From NCBI GenBank assembly GCA_951406725.2, contig OX597816.1, positions 28,334,001-28,398,000 of the forward strand: a stretch of DNA of 64,000 bases, written 5' to 3'. This stretch comes from Octopus vulgaris (lineage: Eukaryota). This document shows, piece by piece, positions 51,115 through 63,438 of this stretch. How positions within the stretch are numbered: the first letter of the stretch is position 1; the number at the start of each line of letters is the position of its first letter. A model generated the notes under the pieces. That model had not been told where the DNA came from, ran no database searches, and saw only the letters and a program-made list of their open reading frames with translations. The translations under genes and the position numbers were made by a program.

Positions 51115-53705
51115 AAAAGAAATGTTCTTCAGTCTCATACTTTTCCTTTATCTAGGAATTATATGAACAAAGTTTTTCAAACCTTAACCATCACAATTTT
51201 TCTCTTTGTATTGAAACTGGGAATTACACTATCCAATTAGTCCCTGCTTTCAAAACTGACGAGTATGATTTGAAAGACATTTGCCTCAATTTCGTAGCAG
51301 ATCACATAATGACTGAGATGTTCTGGCGGAGTTTGTATCCTTTGGATATATCCAATGTACTTGTACAAGTTATGAATTGCAGCAAAATATCCTTTAATCA
51401 CAAATCACGGAATTTAAGTCAAAAGCAACGTAACCCTAAGAGTACAAATATATGTAATACTTAGGCAGAAATGCGTTCTATCATCAGAGTTCTGTTCTTA
51501 GAATCTCACAGCAGCATCTATGTTAGTCATTATCAATGGATGTTGTATGCTCTCTATGGAAGCTTAAAGAAATTTTAGGCTGTTGCATTGAATTATGCCT
51601 ACTTGATCAGACACGTCATTTGGTCAGACAGGAGTAGCCTTGAAGGTGGATAAAGTCACAAGATTTACGAAAAGATAAAAGCTGGAGAGCACCATCGCTT
51701 GAATTCACAAACCGAAATATTATGGGAGTTTCTAGAGGAAAAACACAACATGATCCGGAGAAGCAAACTTTTCAGCCTTTATTTCAGATTTTGAGCTAAA
51801 CATGACCGGCTTTTCAATGTATCCTATTTTTTTTTCACATTTACTTTTCTTCTTTCAAGCATTTGGTTATCATTTGGAGGATACTTGACTGATGTTTCTA
51901 GCTTACGGTACTACGTAGCTGACTTCTGCATTGTTTTGTTAAATATATAGAGACACCAGGAATAGAAAATTTCTCCATTCTAAATAATTAGGTGTATACT
52001 CAATAAAGCACTCCTTATTCGACTCCTGCACTCAGATGCCGGCTTTGTTTTAGTAAAAAAACTTTGTTTTGTCGCAGCCAAACGTATTCTTCAAAATGAA
52101 AATTGACTGCAATCCTATTGTATTACGCGGGAATGGTTAGTGGATAACATTAAATTATTAACAGTTAACAGTAATTCATAATTCATTAAGATTCATATAC
52201 CATTAGCAGACTACTTTCCATTAAAGAAAAACATCTGGACTGTCAAATTAATGCTAATAATGGAAATAATTCGAAGTTACCTGTTAATATCTTCAAAACA
52301 ACATTATTTCTATGTGTATAATCCTTTTATAATCCTGAATGATACACCGTTAATATCATTCCTAATTCCGGAATATCCACACATAACAAAGAAGACTTCT
52401 TCTCCACAATCCATCCATCGCCTTTCGCAGGTCTAACTAACCATTAGCAGACATATCAAGCAGGCAGAAGCAGCCATCAACGTATCATAGTCAGCAGCTA
52501 ACAACAACTCTACCGCCAGATCAGAACCAACCAATGACAAACAGCTTCATACAAAATTTGAGAACGACTTGATGCCCAGCAATAGCTATCGAAATCGTCT
52601 GGGACAATTTTGCTAAAGTTTAAGTAAGAGTAGCCTTTGTCAAATTGCTAGTACACGTAAATAGGCAGTCTACGATTCAAATCAGTGTCACATAATGTGG
52701 TAAGGGTGGACTTTTCAGTTCAAGTATACTTCGTACCGACACGCATGAACGCAGTTTCTGTCAATCTGCTATCACTCACACGCTTTGTGTTGAAATAAGA
52801 CTTAAAAAGTAAGTAGCCAATATGCCACACGTAAGGTTCGAAGTGGGACCTACATCATGTATCTATAATGCAATACATACTCCCAAACTTTCATTAGGAG
52901 AGTAGAGTGTAATATTAGTGATGTTTGGATATTACTTCCAGTTGGTGATGTAAACCCCTTCTCCTACCAGGATGACTTGTTGAAATTATCGTTTAAAGGC
53001 ACAGTGGTATATGTGGGACCAAATATTTTGATATTTGATAAGAATACTGTATTAACTAACTAAATGGAAACTATGTTGGTCTTGTTTTAACTCATAATAT
53101 TCCTGTTGAGCTAGACACATTATCGAACACTTGTTTCGAGTTACCAGCCCGTCTACTTCTCAGATTTAACGAGCCTCAGATTACAATATTCTATTTTTCT
53201 GTTTTTTTAAGACGAAACCCGTGAATGTGGTTGCCATTTCTTGCAGCTGGATAGATCACAAAAGGCTTTCATGTTGGATCAAGGTTTGTTGAATATGGCA
53301 AGAAGAAGAAATGCCAGTTTAGCATTATGATATTTCCAAACTTCTTAATTGAACTCTTAATAAGTACCACATTTAGCTGTACTAGATTATTGTATATCAC
53401 AGTAATTTCTATTTTCGAAATTTAGTGTATGTTACATTTACGATACTGAATTCGATGGAAAATACTACGAATCTCCAGCATTTTGTAGAGTGTATTTAGT
53501 TAGATATAACCTTGAAAAACATATTTAAATAATTAAACTATACTGGAGTCAATGAGACATACCTAATAAGAAATGGCATTCTCTGCTGGAAAAATTTGAT
53601 CAGAGAACTTACCTAAAATTAAACAAACACTACAATAACGTCTTTCTTGGTACTAAAATAAGTGAGCTCTGTGGATGGTAGACTCACAAGAAAGATTAGT
53701 AATAT

Positions 53706-54128
53706 ACTCTTTTTTACTCTTTTACTCGTTTCAGTCATTTGACTGTGGCAATACTGGAGCAGCACCTTTAGTCGAGCAAATCGATCCCAGGACTTATTCT
53801 TTGTAAGCCTAGTACTTATTCTATTGGTCTATTTTGCCGAACCACTAAGTTACGTGGACATAAACACACCAGCATCGGTTGTCCAGCGATGCTGGGAGGA
53901 CAAACACAGACACACAAACACATACACACATACATATATGTATATACATATATATGACATATATACGACGGGCTTCTTTCAGTTTCTGTCTACCAAATCC
54001 ACTCACAAGGCTTTGGTTGACCCGAGGCTATAGTAGAAGACACTTGCACAAGGTGCCACGTAGTGGGACTGAATCCTGAACCATGTGGTCGGTAAGCAAT
54101 CTACTTACCACACAGCCACTCCTACGTC
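53706..54128 (-). mobile_element. SINE family A, full length (tRNA-derived head, internal (TA)/(TG) tract, AAAAGAGT tail)
   Basis: Head GACGTAGGAGTGGCTGTGTGGTAAGTAG, B-box region GATTCAGTCCC; about 10 relatives in the window. Confidence 0.93.
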
Positions 54129-54437
54129 TATATATTTCGCACCATTTAGTTACGCCTATTTGAGTTCAACATTTTCGGATATCGACATTATATTTCATGT
54201 CTCCTGTAACAGAAATTTTACTTCAATGCTCCTACTTCAAAACTCACGGTTATAATCAATGAAGAAATAATTCTTTCAGTACCACTCAAATAGTATAGTG
54301 AGGAACATGAGATTAACCTAATATCTCTCCTTCGAATTTGCAACCTTGTTCCTGCGTTAGAAATCGTTATTTTTGTTCTTATATTGATCACTGAATTTAC
54401 TGATGACAAATGCCTCGTATTTTTTGTGACCAAAGTA

Positions 54438-54811
54438 TTATTTTAATTGACAGAACACTTTGTATGTTTAACATATCTGCTGTTCCCAATGTTACTAAAT
54501 GACATGGTAATTAACAATTAAATCAAATCGCGAACTGAGTATTTGATGTAAAGCTGGGCAAATCCGCCAGGTAAATGTGTTTTTATACATGTTACAGGGC
54601 ACATAGGAAGTTGCTTTGAGTCCTGTTAATTCTCATATTGCTGATCAGAAATTGACGAAACTTAAGTAAAATCTACTATTAAAAATAGATGAACCTTGAA
54701 ATGAAATTGAGTAGTCTGGTATTGTATCGGTCATATCGAAAACATATCGTATAAGTAGTGATTAATGATGTATTATGAAATGTGTTATTTTGATTGACAG
54801 AACACTTTGTA
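54438..54811 (+). mobile_element. 347-bp unit bounded by 27-bp direct repeats, with a decayed hammerhead at 54637-54672
   Basis: TTATTTT(A/G)ATTGACAGAACACTTTGTA at 54438-54464 and 54785-54811; inside, ATTG-CTGA-TCAGAAATTGAC-GAAA-CTTAAG-TA-AAAT. Confidence 0.6.
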
Positions 54812-55635
54812 GTTTAGAAAATGCCATGAGATTGTATAATATTAATGATTTTACAAATCCAGTTGTCATTGGTAATGCCATATAAATCAATGGTAATCGA
54901 CGCCACTTCCTTGAGAAAAACAAAACGTACAAAAAAGAATATAAATCGTGCTGTACAACATTTATGACTTTATTATAATGCCTAGATTCTTATAGGACTG
55001 CCGAAAAAAAGCGTAATAGTTGGCATGGTGAGCCACATAATTTTACGATAGCCATTAATTTTCTAAACTGTAGTTACATGTATAAGAGAAGTCTAGAGAA
55101 AGTGTTTCAACCTGGAACGGAAACCATACTGCAGAATCGGTTTTCCAGGTACTGATTCTATCACTACATTACCTAACATTTCGTTTTGACAACATTACAA
55201 ACTCTTTTACTTTTGAGTAAGGGAAAGAGGAAGTTGTGATATTTGCGAGTTAGCGTGCGTTATTGAAGTTAAATGGCTTTCAGCTGGAAAATGAAAGCTC
55301 GTCGTGGTTTCGCTTTGCCGGAAGCTTGCCTCCTGCAGTTAGGTGTCTATCAGGTTCTTTAGAAATATTGATTTCTTAATGAGGTAGGATTGTTCAAAGA
55401 TTATATGTGTATATAGGAAATGGGAACGAGTATGTCATTCAGTTTAAAAACTGCCTGTAGCTGTAAACAGCTTGGAGTATTCATATTCAAGCCGTTATAT
55501 ATAAATATACATGTGTATACACACACACACGTGCGTATATAGATCTATATCTACATACGTATACATACACATATATATATATATTCTTGTAATATCTACA
55601 TTCATACCTACATACCTACACACACACACACACAC

Positions 55636-55711
<76 letters not shown>

Positions 55712-56073
55712 CGATATTTAGCATTGTAGCGTGAGTGTAAATTATGATTACATTTTTTTCTATATTTCTTCAGTATTATTTGGAGCACGAGAGAGCGACA
55801 AATAAATTACTTTATGTGAGTTCTGAGATGTATGAGATCGACGTGGTTGCCTTTCAGCTTAAAGATTTCAGGTTGATGACTGACGGAAATACGAAGACAG
55901 TTATTAATCTATTAACATATTGACGATAACGATGTTTAGCATGGAATGGGTTTATGAAGCGAAACACTAGAGATGATGACATGAAGATTTATAAAGTTAA
56001 TGAGCATAAGGTGTATACTTCCTAGTCCTGGGGGGCATAATAGATTACGCTAAGCCAGATATATTTTTATATT

Positions 56074-56293
56074 TATTTTACTACTCACAAGGGACTAACC
56101 ACAGAGAGGGCAAACAAGGACAGACATACGGATTAAGTCGATTACATCGACCCCAGTGCGTAACTAGTACTTGATTTATCGACCCCGAAAGGATGAGAGG
56201 CAAAGTCAACCTCGGCGAAATTTGAAACCAGAACGTCACGGCAGACGAAATACGGCTACGCATTTCGCCTGGCGTGCTAACGTTTTTGCCAGC
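56074..56293 (-). mobile_element. SINE family B, near full length
   Basis: Colinear with 44768-44982 and 45325-45538. Confidence 0.92.
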
Positions 56294-56990
56294 ACAAAGT
56301 AATACGTATGGAAATATTTCGCATATTTGAAAATTTAAAAATATCCTTTTAGTATGGTATACGCGTTGTAGAAAATGCGCATATTATATGGTTTACATAT
56401 AAATGACTTCACAATAATATGGAGGCAAATTCTGAATCGCTTTTGCTGGAAGGCGTCTGGGTATTATTGTCCTTTATAGTAAAATATTCGAGATGCAATT
56501 TTAATTAAAAAAAGGTGAGAAGCCTTATAACTCTAGTTGCATTGAATGTTTCTTGTATTAATATGTTTTTGGAGGAATTGAGATCTTGGCAGTGTTCATA
56601 TTCGAAGTTGAAAAATTCTCACATAATTTCATTAGCTAATGTTCTAACAAATTGCGGTAAATCTAGTCGATATTGATCCAATATTTTTCAGGTCGGTACC
56701 CTGACAATGACACTATACGCAGTACAATCTAGAAACTAAGCTAAATCTCTCGTTGTCTACGGGCGAATCACAAGTCTTTGTATTATTTGTTGAAAAATAT
56801 ATTTATTCAATCAGTCGCCATTCTTACATTCATGTGGGATGTGAATCATTGTCAATAATTTATTTATTTATTTATTTGTACAGCAGCAGGGAAATGTCAA
56901 CGTCTTTTACACTGAACCAGTTTCAAAATAATTAGGAGAAATATGTTTGATATATTAATATGTATGTATAAGTATATATGTATATATGTA

Positions 56991-57062
<72 letters not shown>

Positions 57063-57067
<5 letters not shown>

Positions 57068-57810
57068 AGAGATATCCGACGTTGCTCGGGATTAAAATGG
57101 CATAACTTGTATATAATATATTACATTATTTACATTCCACGAATAGCTGTTCTAATCTTGAATGTAAATTATGTAAATAATGTAAATAATAATTCCTCAT
57201 CTCTTAAATATAGAACTGTAATATATTACAGTTATGTTGAAACAGATGATATGGGGAATTGCAGCTTTGGCAACAAAACATTTGTGGAGTAAATGATGGG
57301 CTAATTCGACTAAGCAACATGTTATGCGTCCGTTTGGAGTATTTAAGCCCCTAGCCTGTCATAAAAAACATTGGGGGTGGGGTTATGTGATTTTGAAACG
57401 CACAGAAAAGCTATCAGTGAATTTACTCTATTTTGCAGTAGTCGGCACTGTGACTAGCACGACCCATCATCAGAAATTTCGACACCTCCTTCGGGTTGGT
57501 TGTCCTACATCGCTCATGAAGTGAATTTGGAGGAAATGTGGTTGTTCATTTGTGTGCAACAGGGAACCATTGAGGTGACAGACTTGCCCTTGAACTTTGA
57601 CGTCGATGTAAATTCTTGTTTAACTATTTTCTTAGGTGTAGTAAACGATGTCATTTGAAATGCAGAGTTGTATTGTCTGATATTGTACAGAAAATCCTTT
57701 GACTGGATGGAAGTGCCTTCCAGAAGATCCATTGGAGGTTGAGAAGGTGCTGGCCGTGCTGGCAATGTTAACTGATTTCCTGAGCAGCACATGGCATTTG
57801 TTTCATTTGG
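57063..57810 (-). mobile_element. Helitron remnant: RepHel N-terminal coding fragment plus 3' terminal hairpin
   Basis: Minus-strand MCCSGNQLTLP..LLEGTSIQSKDFLYNIRQYNSAFQMTSF, then (shifted) FKVQGQVCHLNGSLL..PHFLQIHF, the conserved Helitron motif NIRxYNSxFxMTSF..QGQxxH.xGSL. Hairpin CCCGAGCAACGTCGGA at 57074-57090 resembles family H2. Confidence 0.88.
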
Positions 57811-57862
57811 ACATTTTTAATGAACTAGATACGATACAGCGTACACGACTGAAAGAGAATTT

Positions 57863-58840
57863 ACAGAATAGCCTGAGTATGGACACGATCGATTACCAAA
57901 AAGCTTTTGATGGTGTTGTCCACACATGGATCCTAGAAACACTAGCCATGAAAAAGGTAGCACGAATAATCATAAAATATATAAAACATTCCTTAAATAA
58001 ATGACAGACAGTGTTATAGCTCCAAACAAAAGAGGGACTCATAAAAACCAAAGCCACCCCCATTAAAAGAGGTATATTCCAGGAAGACACACTTTATCCA
58101 CTCCTTTTCTGCTTGGCACATACACCTTTATCTGACATGGTAAGCAGAACTGGATGCGGATACAACTGTTACGACAAAACAATCAGCGACCTCTTATACA
58201 TGGGTGACCTAAAACTGTACGCTACAAATGATAAACAGCTGGAAACTTTACTTCAAACAGTACATGGATATACCAAAGAAATATATATAAAATTTGGCTT
58301 AGAAAAGTGCGCCAAAGCAATCTTGAAAAGAGAAAAACTAGTTAAGAGTAGCAACATCACACTAAATAAAGCAAATGAAATAAGAGAATTTAGCCAAAAC
58401 CTGACATAGAAATATGTAGACATCAATGAACTAGATACGATACAACGTACACAACTGAAAGAAAACTTAAAATAGAATACTATAGACGAGTTAGATTAAT
58501 ATGAAAACAGAGCTCAATGCAAAAAAGAAACAAGATAATAGGTATCAACATTTTAACCATCCCAGTTATAAGCTACAGCTACAATATCCTTATCAACACA
58601 TTAAATGAACTATTGAAAATAGATAGGAAAACAAGAAAAATGATGACAGAATTTAGGATGCATCACCCAAACTCTGACATAGAAAGGTTATATATACAAC
58701 GTATAGAAGGTGGTAGATGCCTTATACGGCTAGAAAACTATTTCAAAATAACTACCATAGGACTACAAAAATACCTACTTCAGAAGCAAGGAAAACTAAT
58801 ACAAATAGCCACAAAACACGATCAAAACAAAAAAGAAAGA
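57863..58840 (+). mobile_element. R4/Dong-clade non-LTR retrotransposon RT fragment, decayed
   Basis: IDYQKAFDGVVHTWI, IKRGIFQEDTLYPLLFCLA, ISDLLYMGDLKLYA, FGLEKCA, IDRKTRKMMT..MHHPNSDIERLYIQRIEGGRCL. Confidence 0.9.
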
Positions 58841-58845
58841 AGTAT

Positions 58846-59598
58846 TTTTAGACTTTAGGGAAGCTTATCCTTTACTTTCCAGCAACGCCCTGTGAGACTT
58901 GCTCTGCTTTTTCTCATGGCGTGTGATATATGGTGGTAAATTTGGTGGTTCTTTCTCGGGGTGTTTTCAGCAGGATATATCCAGAGCAGCTCGAAGCATT
59001 CTTGCATACGTTCTATCAATTTTCAAGGCGCTTTTTAAGAGTCCATGCTGCACATTCATAAAACACAACTAACTGCACAAATGCTTGAAAGGAATGACGA
59101 TTCAAATTTAATACAAGTTTAGGTTTCCAGGTCGTTCATAATCTATTTAAAGCCACCCAGACGTTAACGATTCGGGCATGATCATCATCACTTGTGGACA
59201 GATATACTTCTGCGATTCTACTTCGAAGATATGTGAATTCATCAACATTTTGTCTTTCCCAGATGTGGAGTTAATATTGCCTTTCAGGTTGTACATCGTA
59301 TATTCTGTCTTGTCCAAGTTGATGTAAAGACTAACACATTTAGTAGCACTGTTAAGGCTGTGCAACAGTAACTCTGACCACAAATTTCATTTGCTTGTAG
59401 CGCTAAGTCATCAGCATAGTCAGCCTCTCTGGTGGTCACAATTGGAACATGTTTGCTTTTCGCTGTTTGAAGAGTGAATACTTTGTCCTTTATTACATCT
59501 ACAGAGGTGAGTAGAAATTAATCTAGACAGGTAGGATGACAAGGTGTAACCCTACAGGACATCAGCCACTATAGAAATACTTCTGAATCCGTCACTCC
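58846..59598 (-). mobile_element. RTE/RTEX-like LINE RT fragment, decayed
   Basis: Minus-strand IVADVL*GYTLSSYL (VAGVLQGDTLAPYL-type), EADYADDLAL, LLHSLNSATKCVSLYINLDKTEY, GRCWKSK. Clade assignment is tentative. Confidence 0.8.
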
Positions 59599-60048
59599 TA
59601 AAGATGAGTATGAAATTTTGTCTCTGCACACAAACACGTGGCAGGTAAGTGCATCCCACTGAGACAAAAAGTTAGGCGTAGAGTTCCCTTGGGGACTACA
59701 GCTGTTACTGAAAATAAAGAAACTCTTATGAAGATTTCTAAACGAAAGAGAATAAGCCCTATACGATCAAACTTAAAATTGTTCACTAAAGCACAGAAAG
59801 AATTACACTCAGAACATCAAACAGTGCAAGAGCCTTACATACAACAAATCGACAACCTCAAAGATTCTGCTGACACTCGATAATCACCTATGACTTGGAA
59901 AACGAAGTAAGCAGAAGAAGGATCTTCTCAAAATCCAGACTGAATGTAGCAAATGAAATTGAACGTCTCAAAATATGGCGACATCACTCTAAAAACCTAC
60001 TTGGCAAACCATCTGAAATAACCAACATTAAAATTAGAAAGATCATCA
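59594..60048 (+). mobile_element. Inverted upstream (EN-RT linker) segment of an RTE/RTEX-like LINE
   Basis: TPKDEYE..AHKHVAGKCIPLRQKVRRRVP..KAQKEL..ERLKIWRHHSKNLLGKP matches the ERxxxWxxHFxNLL linker that precedes RT. Confidence 0.7.
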
Positions 60049-60894
60049 TTTGCAACGTACAGCAATAATTTTTCTTCGAAGTAATGTTTAAAATATTCAT
60101 GAGTACATTGCTTACATGCCATTATTGACAATATAGGCTGACATTTTGAAATAGGCAGTCAGATCCCTTTAGCATGCTGTAAACAACATTGTCTCATCTA
60201 TTCGCTTGTCATGGTTACTACAGCAATGGACTCACAAATACCATGTGACACTTAACTTAGCGGCACATTACTTGTGCTACTGATCGCTCTCGTGGATATT
60301 GTAACTGTATAGACTGGGTTTCCATCTAGAAATTATTTCTCTCTTACTCCTCTGGAGCTACACAATATTGACATCAACATGATGTTTTACAGAAGTGGAT
60401 CACAAAAATATATATATATTTTATATATTCATTCATGTATTTTTCTTCGTATAACCAAATTGCTGGACTGTAACGTTGTCAACTTTATGATTACAATGAA
60501 CCAATATGAGTTCATTGTATTTCTTATAGGAAGAGTGATACTGGTATATCTTTCACTCTGTGTAGTACAAAGGTTACTGCGGAATTTCCATGGAGCAATA
60601 TTGATGTTTCACTTTTATCGCTAACGTTTACATCAGTGAGTAACGTACACGAAGTATAATCATATATGAATGCATACATCAAATACAATATCTAAGGTAC
60701 TGATAGAACCATAAGTGCGTTGGTGAGAGACTGTGTGAGCGTGTTTATGTGAGACTGGAAACGAAAGGGAGACAATATTTACAGGTATACTTATGTGTTC
60801 ACTTGTCAACATACTGAGACAAACATGCACAAAAATAGTTTGGTGTTTGTCTGGGGGACACTCGAATTTGATAGATGAGTGTATGTGTTTGTGA

Positions 60895-60972
60895 TGTCGA
60901 AACCCAATGTGGTACCCCAGTATGGCAGCAGTCTAATGATTGGAACAGGTAGAAGCTAAAAGGTAAAAGGAT
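60895..60972 (+). mobile_element. SINE family A 3' end
   Basis: ggtaccccagtatggcagcagtctaatgattggaacaggtagaagctaaaaggtaaaagg. Confidence 0.6.
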
Positions 60973-62038
60973 ATATACAGTAACCAAATTTAAATACTGG
61001 CAATGTACAAGGCTGGTGAAGGAGAGGAGTGAAAAGAAAAGAGTTAGGATTCTAACCCCACAACCACAAAGATGGGCCGGTGTTGGTATAACTCGGGTTG
61101 ATTCTCTGACTAAGGAAATAGCTCGCACTGACGAGAGAAGACAGGAGTGGGCGAGCAACACATATTTCGGGTGGCCAACGGCTATTGGAGTGCAATAAAT
61201 CAATGCATGGGAAAGAATACAGGGATTTGAAAAATCCGGGCGGATACGTCAGTGAGCACTCCATGCGAATATTGGATAAGGGAATGTATAAAAGTGATAA
61301 TCAGTATTTACAAACTGTAAAACCGAGGAAATGGACTAATTTTGTGGCTGGTTCAAACAACTCAAGTTATGATGGTAAACAAACGAAGGAATGAAGTTGA
61401 TGGTAAAACAATGTTTATTAAATGGTTACAGTTGTCGAAGTTCTTAATGGAAGCCTTTCCTTATTTTATACGCTGGTTTATTGATATAAAAATTATGTAA
61501 TCTCATAAAATAATCAATAATGAATGAGGTTAGCATCAACAGTTCGGACCAGATTAAAGTTATAATACAGAAGTACGTTTCGATTTATGGAGACACTTAA
61601 TCTCTATGTAGGAACTTTCTCTCTGTTCTTTCTCAATTGATGAACTATTAAGTCTCTATGGAGAAAAAGAAGAAAAAAGGAAACATAAAACACGCATTCC
61701 ATGAATGTCTTGTAAATTGTTTCCCGTATATACATAGATACACACACACCCACATAAACACACATATATACACACACAAACACATATTAGGCGTCGGTGA
61801 AGCCAATGGTCAATTCTTGCAGGTCAAACACCTCAGGGAATATTATGTAGAGAAGCAGTCTGCTAATGCTATAAATATTAACCCCACTCTCTCTCTCTCC
61901 TCTCTCTCTACCTCTCTCTCATTCTCTCTGACTCTCTCTCTCTGCCATTCTCGCATATTTGTGCATATACATTGTATATATGAATATGTGTGTGTACCTA
62001 AGCATGTTGTGTATGCATATATATGCGTATACATGTGT

Positions 62039-62099
<61 letters not shown>

Positions 62100-62139
62100 T
62101 GCTATTACGTATGAACATGCATATATATGTATATATAAT

Positions 62140-62431
62140 GGACTTCCCGTCGTTAGACGACTTACGCGGGTTAGACAATTTCTAACCGAACAACCTCACA
62201 GATGATTTGTTTATAGCGATCAAATACTTGTGTAGACATAAGATCACTCCCTCAATGAAATCGACATTACCTGTACAGATGCAACGGGTGTCACATGTCA
62301 GGTGTCGAAATGATCACAGTGCAACGGGAAATGAAGTGGTTTGTCCAAGAACACAACACAACTCCCAGTCTGGGAATCGAACCCACGATCTCGCAATGGT
62401 AATTGCAACAACTCAACTACTAAGCCATGTG

Positions 62432-62432
<1 letters not shown>
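62140..62432 (-). mobile_element. SINE family D (tRNA head with CORE-like block), old
   Basis: Minus strand GCACATGGCTTAGTAGTT, B-box GGGTTCGATTCCC, then TTGTGTTCTTGGACAAACCACTTCATTT resembling the CORE motif. Confidence 0.75.
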
Positions 62433-62487
<55 letters not shown>

Positions 62488-62496
<9 letters not shown>

Positions 62497-62984
62497 CAAA
62501 ATCCGTTCTATCTTTCCATCTGTGTATGTGTCTTCTAGGATCTCGGGCATCTTCCATCCGATTGTGCTCAAATTTGATGCGTTGATACCGACGGTATCAA
62601 GTTGCGTATAAGTCTTGGAAGAATTACAAAAATTACAAAAATCGATAAACCCGTGGGAACGTGCATTTGTACACATAAGTATATCAACTGTTGCGATCGA
62701 TACTACTTGAGAAAATGCACGTGCAGTTTGCGCAATAAAAGCCGACTGGCTTGAAATAATGCCACAAAATGCAGTATATTTAAGAGACCAAAAAAGTAAG
62801 ATGCAACAGAGATATTTTCTTTAAACTTGGCATGAAGGAAGGAAAGAATATTTGGTTTCTCAAGAATTTTTTTTTTTTTGCCTTAACAAAACCAAAAATT
62901 TGATTGAAGTAAAGGCATGCATAATTATTTTTTATTCAGCAGATATGATTCAGCACCATCCATTGTACGGGGGCGTTTTGCTCG
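62488..62984 (+). mobile_element. Non-autonomous Helitron family H1, copy 2
   Basis: Colinear with 8589-9113; same end GGGGCGTTTTGCTCG|T; 5' end merged into (TA)n. Confidence 0.85.
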
Positions 62985-63023
62985 TATATATATATATATA
63001 TATATATAAACATCTATACATAG

Positions 63024-63065
<42 letters not shown>

Positions 63066-63405
63066 CAACGTATAATTGTCAGCCAAATGTGGCGCCCTAT
63101 ACAGGACACTGCTACTGACGTTTATAGCCTCAGAAATCTGGTTAACGACAAACATTCTGTGCCCCATTAGTATTTGTGAGGAGATACACACGGACTCGAG
63201 TTTCTGAGTGGTTACCCTTCCTCAGCATGTGCTAATCACAAGCTAGTGATGAAAACTCATTCCTCTCGCAAACTACTATATGCTGTTTCCAGTAATAAAC
63301 TGTCGCTGATCTTGAAAAGGAAGAAATAAGCTATATGAAAACTATGAGCGACATATAAACAGTAGTAGTAGACAATCGTAACATATAGTCACCAATGGAG
63401 GAAAG

Positions 63406-63438
<33 letters not shown>

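Noticed and set aside
61121-61160. CTGACGA as a hammerhead core
   Set aside because: No downstream stem II-GAAA-NUH arrangement; the bases are part of a simple hairpin.
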